From: Paracoccaceae bacterium
GTDB lineage: Bacteria; Pseudomonadota; Alphaproteobacteria; Rhodobacterales; Rhodobacteraceae
DNA: 64,000 bases
NCBI GenBank assembly: GCA_026709265.1
Contig: JAPOTI010000091.1
Coordinates: 17,451-81,450, forward strand
Direction: 5' to 3'
Part shown: in pieces, positions 17,205-26,667 of the stretch
Layout: each line of letters opens with the position of its first letter
How positions within the stretch are numbered: the first letter of the stretch is position 1
The notes under the pieces: model-generated
Databases searched by the model: none
The model's input: only the letters and a program-made list of their open reading frames with translations
What the model was told of the DNA's origin: nothing
Made by a program: the position numbers and the translations under genes

Positions 17205-18524
17205 ATGGAATATCTGAAGCGCGGACAATCGGAAGACGAACGTGCCAGGCAGGCCGCGAAGGTCAGTGACATTGTCGCACGCAGCCTGGAGACCATCGAA
17301 CAGGGTGGCGATGCCGCGGTGCGGGAGATGTCAGAGAAATTCGACAACTGGTCACCGCCGTCTTTTCGCATGAAGGAAAGTGACATTGAGCATTTGGTCA
17401 ATTCACTCTCCAGACAGGACCTGCATGACATTCGCTTTGCGCAGGAGCAGGTCCGAAACTTTGCCCGCATCCAGCGCGAATCCATGCATGATGTGGAAAC
17501 CGAAACCCTTCCGGGGGTAATCCTTGGCCATCGTCATATTCCGGTCCAGTCGGTGGGTTGTTATGTGCCCGGGGGAAAATTCCCGATGGTCGCATCGGCA
17601 CATATGTCGGTTGTCACGGCCGATGTTGCCGGTGTCCAGCGTATCGTCGCGGCGACACCGCCGGTGAATGGCGAACCCAATGCTGCTGTCATCGCCGCGA
17701 TGCATCTTGGCGGCGCCGATGACATCTATCTGCTCGGCGGAATTCAGGCGGTTGGCGCCCTCGCACTGGGAACAGAGACCATGACTCCGGTGGACATGCT
17801 CGTGGGTCCCGGAAATGCCTTTGTGGCCGAGGCAAAACGCCAGCTCTTCGGTCGGATCGGGATCGATTTGCTCGCCGGTCCCACCGAGACTCTGATTGTT
17901 GCTGATGACAGCGTCGATGCCGAACTGTGTGCCACAGATCTGCTGGGGCAGGCCGAACACGGAGACGACTCCCCTGCTGTGCTGATCACCAATAGCCGCC
18001 GGCTGGCCGATGAGACCCTGGCAGAGGTCAAGCGGTTGCTCCGTCAATTGCCAACGGCAACCACCGCTGCGCGCAGCTGGTCCGATTACGGAGAGGTCAT
18101 CCTGTGTGACAGTTATGAAGAGATGTTGCAGGAAGCTGAAAGGATGGCCTCGGAGCATGTTCAGATCATGACTGTGCGCGACGACTGGTTCCTGGAGCAC
18201 ATGACCCATTACGGCGCTCTGTTCCTCGGTCCACGCACGCATGTGGCAAACGGTGACAAGGTCATCGGGACAAATCACACGCTTCCAACGCGCCGGGCCG
18301 GGCGCTACACTGGCGGACTGTGGGTGGGCAAGTTCCTGAAAACCCATACCTATCAGAAGATCCTGACCGACGAGGCGGCAACTCTGGTCAGCGGCTATTG
18401 TTCGCGGCTCTGCGCCCTTGAGGGATTCACCGGTCACGGTGAACAGGCCAATATACGGCTGCGCCGCTACGGCGGCCTCAATATTCCGTATGGCGGTGTG
18501 GCAGCAGCTCAGGACAGGAGTTGA
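17205..18524 (+). CDS. Histidinol-dehydrogenase-family NAD-dependent dehydrogenase (HisD paralog, possibly sulfopropanediol-dehydrogenase-like)
   Basis: HisD-family blocks: [60 protein letters not shown]. The catabolic context argues against the biosynthetic hisD. Confidence 0.8.
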   Translation: MEYLKRGQSEDERARQAAKVSDIVARSLETIEQGGDAAVREMSEKFDNWSPPSFRMKESDIEHLVNSLSRQDLHDIRFAQEQVRNFARIQRESMHDVETETLPGVILGHRHIPVQSVGCYVPGGKFPMVASAHMSVVTADVAGVQRIVAATPPVNGEPNAAVIAAMHLGGADDIYLLGGIQAVGALALGTETMTPVDMLVGPGNAFVAEAKRQLFGRIGIDLLAGPTETLIVADDSVDAELCATDLLGQAEHGDDSPAVLITNSRRLADETLAEVKRLLRQLPTATTAARSWSDYGEVILCDSYEEMLQEAERMASEHVQIMTVRDDWFLEHMTHYGALFLGPRTHVANGDKVIGTNHTLPTRRAGRYTGGLWVGKFLKTHTYQKILTDEAATLVSGYCSRLCALEGFTGHGEQANIRLRRYGGLNIPYGGVAAAQDRS

Positions 18525-18530
18525 TATTCC

Positions 18531-19301
18531 GTGATGTCACACCTGTCGGTTCCCCGGACACCCTCTTTCAGTCTTGATGGCCGCCGTGCGCTGGTCGTCG
18601 GCGCGTCGCGCGGCATCGGGTTTGCATTGGCGGCAGCGCTCGGCGAAGCGGGGGCGCATTTGACGATCTGCGCACGCCAGTCGGCAGCCATTGCCTCGGC
18701 AGGAGAGGCACTGCGGGATGCGGGTTATGGTGTCAGATCGCTCGAGATGGATGTGACCGATGACGCGCAGGTCAAGCGATGTTTTGTGGACGAGGCGCGA
18801 TTCGATATCGTGGTGAATTCAGCCGGAATGGCGCGTCATTCACCGGCCATGGAAACCGATCCGGACAATTATGATCAGGTGATGGCGGTCAATTGTCGCG
18901 GTGCCTATTTCCTGGCCTGCGCGGCGGCGAGATCAATGCGTGAGCATGGTGGGTCAATCATCCAGGTCTCATCCCAGATGGGCCTGACGGGTGGTGTTGA
19001 CCGATCGGTCTATTGCGCATCCAAACATGCGCTCGAGGGAATGAGCAAGGCGATGGCGGTTGAATGGGGACAATATGGAATTCGGGTCAACACAATCTGC
19101 CCCACATTTGTGCGGACCGAACTGACCCGTGAGACCCTCGCCGATCCTGAAAAAGTCAAGTGGATCGAGTCCAGGATCAAACTGGGGCGGATTGCTCGAC
19201 CCGAAGATGTGATGGGTGCAGTGGTCTTTCTGGCCTCTGATGCCTCGTCAATGGTGACCGGTACACATCTCCTGATCGATGGCGGTTGGACGGCAGGATG
19301 A
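18531..19301 (+). CDS. Short-chain dehydrogenase/reductase (SDR)
   Basis: GASRGIG cofactor motif and catalytic YCASKHALEG. Confidence 0.85.
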   Translation: MMSHLSVPRTPSFSLDGRRALVVGASRGIGFALAAALGEAGAHLTICARQSAAIASAGEALRDAGYGVRSLEMDVTDDAQVKRCFVDEARFDIVVNSAGMARHSPAMETDPDNYDQVMAVNCRGAYFLACAAARSMREHGGSIIQVSSQMGLTGGVDRSVYCASKHALEGMSKAMAVEWGQYGIRVNTICPTFVRTELTRETLADPEKVKWIESRIKLGRIARPEDVMGAVVFLASDASSMVTGTHLLIDGGWTAG

Positions 19302-19326
19302 ATCGGCGCGGCGGGACGATCAGGCG

Positions 19327-20352
19327 ATGAGCCGCGTCACCTCCCAGGACGTGGCGCGCGATGCCGGTGTCAGCCAGTCGGCTGTCAGCCGCGTCTTTAC
19401 GCCCGGTGCATCGGTTTCAAAGAAAGTCGCAGCGCGCGTGCGCCGTTCGGCGGCACGTCTCGGATATCGTCCAAACGCCGTCGCGCGCTCACTCATTACC
19501 GGTGAGACCAAGATAATCGGACTGGCCGTCGCTGAGCTCGACAACCTGTTCTATCCGCGCATTCTGGAACTTCTCTCGGAACATCTGCAGCGTGTTGGCT
19601 ATCATATCATGATGTTCTTTGCCGATGTCGATGACGCGGCCAACGAACAACTGTTCTCCAACCTGCTCGATTACCAGGTTGATGGTTTGATCGCCGCGTC
19701 GGCGACGATGTCGGGTGCACCGATCGAACGCTGCCGGGAAGGGAATATTCCGATCGTTCTGTTCAACCGGCACCAGGGCAAGGATGGCCCGACATCCGTG
19801 ACCTCGGACAATTTTGCCGGCGGTCGGCTCGCGGCGACTCTGTTGGCCAGGGAACATGAACGCATTGCGCATATTTCCGGCTGGCAGGGATCATCGACGG
19901 GACGCGAACGCCAGGAAGGGTTTCTGGCAGGGTTGAGGGCGGCTGATCGCGATTTGGTGGCCTGTATTGATGGAAGATACTGTCAACGGGCCGCGCGTGA
20001 AGCGACCCTCAACCTCTACACGGACGGGGGTTGCCACCCGGATGCACTCTTCGTTGGCAGCGATCAGATGGCTTTTGCGGTTATGGATACGCTTCGCGGT
20101 GAGTTGAATCTGCGGATTCCCCAGGATGTCTCGGTCATCGGTTTCGACGATGTCCCGATGGCCGCCTGGCCGCCCTATCGCCTCACCACGATCCGCCAGC
20201 CATTGGAGCAACTCGTGGCAGCAACCGTGGAGCAGCTTCGCGCACGTATCAAAGATCCCAATCTGGATTCCGATCACATGCGTTTGCCATGTGAGATCCA
20301 GGTCAGGGAATCGGCGCGTATCGACAGGGAATTGTACAGCGAGGAACAATGA
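19327..20352 (+). CDS. LacI-family transcriptional regulator
   Basis: N-terminal HTH VTSQDVARDAGVSQSAVSRVF and a periplasmic-binding-protein-like C-terminal domain. Confidence 0.85.
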   Translation: MSRVTSQDVARDAGVSQSAVSRVFTPGASVSKKVAARVRRSAARLGYRPNAVARSLITGETKIIGLAVAELDNLFYPRILELLSEHLQRVGYHIMMFFADVDDAANEQLFSNLLDYQVDGLIAASATMSGAPIERCREGNIPIVLFNRHQGKDGPTSVTSDNFAGGRLAATLLAREHERIAHISGWQGSSTGRERQEGFLAGLRAADRDLVACIDGRYCQRAAREATLNLYTDGGCHPDALFVGSDQMAFAVMDTLRGELNLRIPQDVSVIGFDDVPMAAWPPYRLTTIRQPLEQLVAATVEQLRARIKDPNLDSDHMRLPCEIQVRESARIDRELYSEEQ

Positions 20353-21356
20353 AGACACCCCATTATACGGACTTTCCGTCTTTCATTCTCGGCATCACGG
20401 AGGACATATGGGAAGGACGACATATTGATTGTCTCCATACGGCCTATAGTGACGATATCATCGTCCGTTCGCCGTCTGCGGTGACCCGGGGCAATCGTGC
20501 GGTCATCAGCGCCACCCGCCAGACCCTCAGTGAATTTCCTGATCGACGTTTGTTGGGAGAAGATGTGATCTGGTATCGCGCCGGTGACGACAGCTGGTAT
20601 TCCTCACATCGGCTCTACTGCACCGCAACGCATCTGGGACATGGGATATTTGGTGCACCGACCGGCAGCCGGTTGGCCTATCGGGTGATTGCCGATTGCC
20701 ATGCGCGGAGCCATCCGGAGCTGGGTTGGCAGATAGACGACGAATGGCTGGTGCGTGATTTCGCCGGCATTCTCTCGCATATGGGCATGACATCCCGGGA
20801 TTATGCTGAAACCTGGTGCGCGCAGCAGATGGCGCAGACCGATCAGGTCGAAGTTGACGGTTTCCCCCCGGAATCAATTCCAGAAGGACCTTATCTGGGA
20901 AGCGGCGATGATACGCCGTGCGGCGCACGATATGAAGAGCTGTTACGCCGTATCATGCAGGACGAATTCGCGGTGATTGCCGCGGATTATGACCCCGCCT
21001 GTCAACTTGAATTACCAGGACATGTCACGGCACACGGCATTGCCGCGGCGGAGCGTTTCTGGCTGGGGCTACGGTCATCCTTTCCCGATGCCGCATTCCG
21101 TGTCGAACATCGTATCAGTGGAAATGATCCGGATCATTGTCCGCGCGCCGCCGTGCGCTGGAGTCTGGATGGAATTCATGCCGGTACCGGCATGTTTGGT
21201 GACCCGTCCGGCCAGCGCGTTTCAATCATGGGCATATCGCATGCAGAATTCGGCCCACGGGGTTTGAAGCGCGAGTTTATCCTGTTCGATGAGGTGGCCG
21301 TCTGGAAACAGATTTTTGCGCAGACAGCCAGTCAGACGTCAGGTGAGGAAGGATAG
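20349..21356 (+). CDS. Tandem NTF2/SnoaL-like domain protein
   Basis: Two ester-cyclase-like halves by eye. Overlaps the LacI stop by 4 nt. The family call is tentative. Confidence 0.45.
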   Translation: MKTPHYTDFPSFILGITEDIWEGRHIDCLHTAYSDDIIVRSPSAVTRGNRAVISATRQTLSEFPDRRLLGEDVIWYRAGDDSWYSSHRLYCTATHLGHGIFGAPTGSRLAYRVIADCHARSHPELGWQIDDEWLVRDFAGILSHMGMTSRDYAETWCAQQMAQTDQVEVDGFPPESIPEGPYLGSGDDTPCGARYEELLRRIMQDEFAVIAADYDPACQLELPGHVTAHGIAAAERFWLGLRSSFPDAAFRVEHRISGNDPDHCPRAAVRWSLDGIHAGTGMFGDPSGQRVSIMGISHAEFGPRGLKREFILFDEVAVWKQIFAQTASQTSGEEG

Positions 21357-21360
21357 GGAC

Positions 21361-22329
21361 ATGATATCCAATGGTGATATGGCAGCACGCATCGTCCGCT
21401 ACGGTGAACTGATTCCGTGCCGGACGGCATTTATCGATACGTATAATCCGGGTTCAGACCGCAAGGAAAATTTTACCATCGTGGGTGGCGGTGTGTCGGA
21501 AAACCCGGATCAACATGTCCATATCTGCGACACACCCGGTTTCAACATCGGCGCTGCCGGACAACCGCCCAACTGTCGTAATTCATTGCATTCGCATCAC
21601 ACGGCCGAGGTTTTCATCGTGTTGAAGGGACGATGGCGTTTCTTTTGGGGTCGGTGGGGCAAAGCGGGCGAAGTTGTTCTCGAGGACGGTGATATCTTCA
21701 ACATTCCCACCGGGATTTTCCGCGGATTCGAAAATATCGGACAGTGCCACGGGATGTTGTTCGCAGTGCTCGGCGGCGATGATGCGGGCGGCGGCGTGGT
21801 CTGGGCACCGCAGGTGATCGAAGAGGGGCGGAAAAACGGCATGATACTCTCCGCTTCGGGTAAACTCTATGACCGCAACCGGGGAGAGGAACTTCCCGCA
21901 GGAGAAGTTCCCATGCCGACCCTCTCGGATGCGGAGCTCAGTGCGTTTCCCGAGATTCCCGTGGGACAGGTGGTGCCACGTTTTGTCGCCCGGCGCTGGG
22001 ATATGAAAGCCCTTTCCGCCAACGCCCCCGCGCCGGTCATTGGAGACAATGCGTTGATTGTTGATCGGCCGGGATTCACGGTGGATTTTCTGTCTTGCGG
22101 TGCCACCACGAACGAGATGACGGCTAGTGAAAAACATGAAGTCCTGCTCGTGACCGAGGGGCACTGGAAACTGACATGGCAAGGCGAAGACACCGTGCTG
22201 GCACCGGGAGACACCTGTGCGGTTCCGCCCGACACACCATTCAATATTGCTCCCGCAGTCTCCGGAGAGAACGGCATGTTTCGGGTGCGCGGCACCGATG
22301 ATCCGGCGGGGCCAACCTGGAATTTCTGA
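21361..22329 (+). CDS. Bicupin-domain protein
   Basis: Two cupin-like segments: SLHSHHTAEVFIVLKGRW... and HEVLLVTEGHWKLTW...PGDTCAVP. Confidence 0.6.
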   Translation: MISNGDMAARIVRYGELIPCRTAFIDTYNPGSDRKENFTIVGGGVSENPDQHVHICDTPGFNIGAAGQPPNCRNSLHSHHTAEVFIVLKGRWRFFWGRWGKAGEVVLEDGDIFNIPTGIFRGFENIGQCHGMLFAVLGGDDAGGGVVWAPQVIEEGRKNGMILSASGKLYDRNRGEELPAGEVPMPTLSDAELSAFPEIPVGQVVPRFVARRWDMKALSANAPAPVIGDNALIVDRPGFTVDFLSCGATTNEMTASEKHEVLLVTEGHWKLTWQGEDTVLAPGDTCAVPPDTPFNIAPAVSGENGMFRVRGTDDPAGPTWNF

Positions 22330-22509
22330 GATGACAGATGGACGACAACATGATGTCAACCCGGAACCCTGTCGATTCACATCTTCAGTGTCGGCCCAGA
22401 CGTCTCCCCATGCGATGTCGTTTCACGCGTGGGTGGACGTCAGTCGTGCGCGAGTCCGGTTGGAAATTTTTTTGTGGCGGGTTCTGGGACAGAAACAGGA
22501 GACGAACAG

Positions 22510-23646
22510 ATGTTGATTCGGACGACACATGTTGGCAGCCTGCCGCGTAGCCAGGAAGTGACCGATCTGATTTTTGCGCGTGAGCGTGGCGAGTCATTCG
22601 ATCAGGAGATTTTTGATCAAACCATGTTCCAGGCGGCCGGAGAGACGGTGCGCCGTCAGGTCGAAGCCGGCATTGACATCGTATCTGATGGCGAAACCTC
22701 GAAGATCTCTTATGCGACCTATGTCAAGGACCGCTATACGGGATTTGGCGGTGACTCCCCGCGGCGCCCGCCTGCCGACCTTCGGCTGTTTCCGACATTT
22801 CTCAAGCGGTTGGCAGACTCGGGTGGCACACCCCAATATTCCCGTCCCTGTTGTATCGGGCGGGTGGAGCCGAAGGGGCAGGGGGAATTGTTGAAGGACA
22901 TTGCTGCCCTCAAGGCCGGAATGGTCGCACATGGTGCGGCCGAAGGGTTCATGAACGCGGCGTCTCCCGGCGTGATCAGTCTGTTCCTGCCGAATGACTA
23001 TTATCCTTCACGATCAGCCTATCTGGGAGCACTTGCCGAGGCGATGCGCGAAGAGTACCGGACAATTGTCAATTCAGGGTTGTATCTGCAGCTCGACTGC
23101 CCTGATCTGGCGCTTTCACGTCACATGATGTTCGACGACCTGACCGACGGGGAGTTTATCGCCATTGCCAATGAGAATGTGGAAGCGCTGAACCATGCTC
23201 TGGACGGAATCGATCCTGCCCGTGTGCGCGTTCATATCTGCTGGGGAAATTACGAAGGACCACATGTCTGCGATATCGGCATGGACAAGGTCTTGTCGCT
23301 CTTCTTGCGTGTTCATGCGCAATATCTGCTCTTCGAGACCTCCAATCCGCGCCATGCGCATGAATGGGAAGTGTTTCGGGATCGGCGGGATGAGATTCCT
23401 GAAGATACGATCCTGGTGCCGGGAGTGATCGACAGCACAACCAATTTTGTCGAACATCCACGGGTCGTCAAACATCGATTGCAGAGATTTCTGGAATTCA
23501 TACCCCGTCATCGACTCATGGCGGGAACAGATTGCGGATTTGGGACTTTCGCAGGTTTTGGAGCCGTGGACCCTGAGATCTGTTTCGCCAAACTGAAATC
23601 GCTGTGCGAGGGGACAGGCCTGGTGAATCCGCAACGTTCAGGTTGA
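22510..23646 (+). CDS. Cobalamin-independent methionine synthase II (MetE C-terminal-like) family protein
   Basis: MLIRTTHVGSLPRSQEV... start and C-terminal ...AGTDCGFG, typical of this family. AGGAG lies upstream of the ATG at 22510. Confidence 0.7.
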   Translation: MLIRTTHVGSLPRSQEVTDLIFARERGESFDQEIFDQTMFQAAGETVRRQVEAGIDIVSDGETSKISYATYVKDRYTGFGGDSPRRPPADLRLFPTFLKRLADSGGTPQYSRPCCIGRVEPKGQGELLKDIAALKAGMVAHGAAEGFMNAASPGVISLFLPNDYYPSRSAYLGALAEAMREEYRTIVNSGLYLQLDCPDLALSRHMMFDDLTDGEFIAIANENVEALNHALDGIDPARVRVHICWGNYEGPHVCDIGMDKVLSLFLRVHAQYLLFETSNPRHAHEWEVFRDRRDEIPEDTILVPGVIDSTTNFVEHPRVVKHRLQRFLEFIPRHRLMAGTDCGFGTFAGFGAVDPEICFAKLKSLCEGTGLVNPQRSG

Positions 23647-24090
23647 ACAGACCTGCGAAAATCCGCCTCGCTGCACGGATCAGTTCGTGCCGCATGTGGC
23701 CAATGTCCTGAATGTTCCGTGACCATTCCTCAGCCAACTGCTGAAAGGGAACACATGACCGCATCGACCTGTGGGGTCGCACCGCCCGTATCATGTCTGG
23801 TGATGTGATGGCATCAGGGGAGACAACAGACCGGGCCCGCGAAGCAACTCTCTATGAACCGGCTCGCCCGGGGCTGGAGTTCGCCACCCATTGAAGAGAT
23901 CTCTGGACTGTTTCGTTGTTCAGTTTGATTGTCGCACTACATATGTCCTTTCCACAAGCAGGATTTGTGCCGCAGCCTTTTCGCGGCGAGAGCGCTCTAT
24001 ACCATATGCCGGATGTGCCTTGATCGATTGACCTCTGACATCAGGCACCTCTGGCGGAGTTGCGTCCTCGCAGGATAATGACGTGTGAGG

Positions 24091-25893
24091 TCAGAGTGGC
24101 CAGAATATCGGGATCAGCAGACTGGCCAGGATTCCGACCGAAATATTCAGTGGCAGCCCAATGATCATGTAATCGGTGAATTTGTAACCGCCGGGACCGA
24201 AGACCAATGTGTTGGTCTGATAACCAATCGGTGTTGCAAAACTTGCTGACGCCGCAACCATGACGGCGACAACCAGCGGGCGCGGATCGATCCCGAGTGG
24301 TGCAGCCAGACCGATGGCAATCGGTGTCATGACAACAGCAACGGCACTGTTGGAGACCATCTCGGTCAGTGCCGATGTCAAGAGATAGACGATCCACACG
24401 ATCAGAAACGGGTGCAGACCGAACAGGAGCGGAGTCACGAATTCGGCAATCAGGGTCACCGCACCCGTCGATTCCATTGCCGCGCCGACTCCCAACATCG
24501 AGAAGATCAGTGCGAGCAATCGGCCATCAACGAATGACAGGCCATCTTCGGCATCAACGCATCGCAGGACGAAGACAACCGCAACCGCAATCATCGCCAG
24601 GGCATAGATGGGCATGACACCCAAGGCAGCGAGGACAACCATGGTCGCAAGTGTTGCCAATGCGATGGGCGCTTTTTTCCTGCGATAGGGTCGAACATCT
24701 GGTCTTTCGACTTCCGTCACATCGTGATCAACCGCGAATCTGTGAATGTCTGTCGCTGTTCCCTCAAGCATGAGCGTATCACCAACACGGATCTCCACGG
24801 AATCAAGCTGTCCGATCGAAGCCAGTCCGCGAGGCCTGTGTACGGCGAGGGGATAGACAGAGTAACGGCGCGCCAACTCCAGGGAACCGATCGAAGCACC
24901 CACCAGCCGAGATCGCGGAGAAATCAGGACCTCAACCGTTTCAGTTCGTCGTGAGGAGACCTTGTCGGCCAGACGGAGGTCTTGATGCTCATGGAGCCCC
25001 AGAAGTTCGGTCGCACTCGTGCGTAGAATGACACGATCTCCCTCACGCAAGTCAACATTGGGAAACTGCCGCCGCAGCGGGGTATTTTCACGGACGACAT
25101 CGACGATGCGAACGCCATGACGGCGAAAGATTTCAACCTGCAGCGCATTCTGACCAATCAATTCGCTTCCCTCGGGGATTGCCAGTTCGGTAAAGAACTT
25201 CATTTTGGTCTTGTCGCGCAAAATGCTCGAAAACGACTCTCTGCCGGGCAGAAGTCTGGGACCCAGAATACGAAGATAAAGTATGCCGAAGCCAGCGAGA
25301 ATGATACCCAGCGGGGTGATTTCAAACAGGGTAAAGGGTTCGAGTCCGGCGGCACGGGCCGCGCCATCAACGAGGAGATTGGTTGATGTCCCGATCAGCG
25401 TACAGATACCGCCAAAAATCGACAGATATGATAGCGGGATGAGAAGTTTCGAGGGATCGATATCGAGCTTGTGGGCAATGGCGATCACCACGGGGATCAG
25501 CGCCAGGACAACCGGTGTGTTATTGATGAAAGCCGATGAGACGACCACAATGACCGATAGGAACACGAGTACGCGTACCGGGTGTTCATGGCTTGTACGG
25601 GTGGCGACTCCCGAGAGAGCGGACAATACGCCGGTCCTGACAAGAGCACCCGACAGGATATACATGGCTGCAATCGTCCAGGCCGCCGGATTGGAGAAGA
25701 CGGCCAGAGCTTTTTCATGTGGCAAAAGTCCTGCAGCGATCAGGACACCTGCACCAATCAAAGCCACAGCTTCAATCGGATAGGTCTCGGTCACAAAGAG
25801 AACAAACATTGCGAGCGTGACGGCCAGAACAGCCAGAGCCGACCCATTGACGATGACAAATTCCACGAGATCGTATTCTCCCGCTACCGACAC
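24091..25893 (-). CDS. SLC13/DASS-family permease with two central TrkA-C (RCK_C) domains
   Basis: 600 aa. Hydrophobic N- and C-terminal halves flank soluble repeats (ELIGQNALQVEIFRRHGVRIVDVVRE...; LVGASIGSLELARRYSVYPLAVHR...). Confidence 0.8.
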   Translation of the reverse strand: MSVAGEYDLVEFVIVNGSALAVLAVTLAMFVLFVTETYPIEAVALIGAGVLIAAGLLPHEKALAVFSNPAAWTIAAMYILSGALVRTGVLSALSGVATRTSHEHPVRVLVFLSVIVVVSSAFINNTPVVLALIPVVIAIAHKLDIDPSKLLIPLSYLSIFGGICTLIGTSTNLLVDGAARAAGLEPFTLFEITPLGIILAGFGILYLRILGPRLLPGRESFSSILRDKTKMKFFTELAIPEGSELIGQNALQVEIFRRHGVRIVDVVRENTPLRRQFPNVDLREGDRVILRTSATELLGLHEHQDLRLADKVSSRRTETVEVLISPRSRLVGASIGSLELARRYSVYPLAVHRPRGLASIGQLDSVEIRVGDTLMLEGTATDIHRFAVDHDVTEVERPDVRPYRRKKAPIALATLATMVVLAALGVMPIYALAMIAVAVVFVLRCVDAEDGLSFVDGRLLALIFSMLGVGAAMESTGAVTLIAEFVTPLLFGLHPFLIVWIVYLLTSALTEMVSNSAVAVVMTPIAIGLAAPLGIDPRPLVVAVMVAASASFATPIGYQTNTLVFGPGGYKFTDYMIIGLPLNISVGILASLLIPIFWPL

Positions 25894-26118
25894 GCAACTC
25901 CATATACTCTTTGGCGTGGAACCCCAAAATCTTTCATGAATTCCCGAAATTTCCCAAGATCGATCTCCTGTACCGCTTTTGTTCGATCATGGCCGCAGGG
26001 AAGGGGTTGTCTTGTCGGATGAGCTGATGTCAGTCGGCACAATATTTCTGACTCATCTGGCTCCGGGATATGTCAGGACACCTCACCAGAAAAGTGCACT
26101 CAATCACTGCCAGTGATG

Positions 26119-26667
26119 TCACTGTCTCAATCTGCCAAACTCTCTGCAGGACTGAACCAATGAGTCAGGAACAGGGTTTTGGGATTCTCTTTGACCCTGA
26201 CACATCTCAAGAAGCACATTGACATGTGCCTGGCAATCTCTGGGGCGCAGCAATTTCGGGTAGCGCCGATGATTTTCATCAACGTGCTGCCCATCGAGAT
26301 AGGCTATCCACGATTCAATTTGCCAAGTGGGTACACATATCACCACCATGTCATCACGTGTCCGTGGATCGATACCTTGCTCTCTGCACTCATCGTCAAG
26401 TTGCCGGATCCTGCCCTCAACACCCAACCTGTCCCCATCAATCATCACGACAAGGCTGCAATGGACCCGGTTTCGTCGTCTGCGATAGGCCTTGAGTTCC
26501 TTTGGAAAACGATCGCGTACATGTTTTTCACCGGACCCACTTCCATGCGGAAGCGGGATCTCCCGAATCTTTCGTCGCAACCAACCCATCTTGGTAAAAA
26601 AACGCCGCATGAAGACCTGATGCTGCTCATCTTCACAAAGCAAGATCAACTCCGCCTTGCGGCTCAT
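26119..26667 (-). CDS. Toprim-like (DUF4276/RloB-like) protein, partner of the upstream ATPase
   Basis: Ordered motifs: LILLCEDEQ (acidic E), VVMIDGD (DxD), QIESWIAY (ExW). The ATG at 26667 overlaps the ATPase stop as ATGA. An alternative TTG is at 26676. Confidence 0.6.
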   Translation of the reverse strand: MSRKAELILLCEDEQHQVFMRRFFTKMGWLRRKIREIPLPHGSGSGEKHVRDRFPKELKAYRRRRNRVHCSLVVMIDGDRLGVEGRIRQLDDECREQGIDPRTRDDMVVICVPTWQIESWIAYLDGQHVDENHRRYPKLLRPRDCQAHVNVLLEMCQGQRESQNPVPDSLVQSCREFGRLRQ

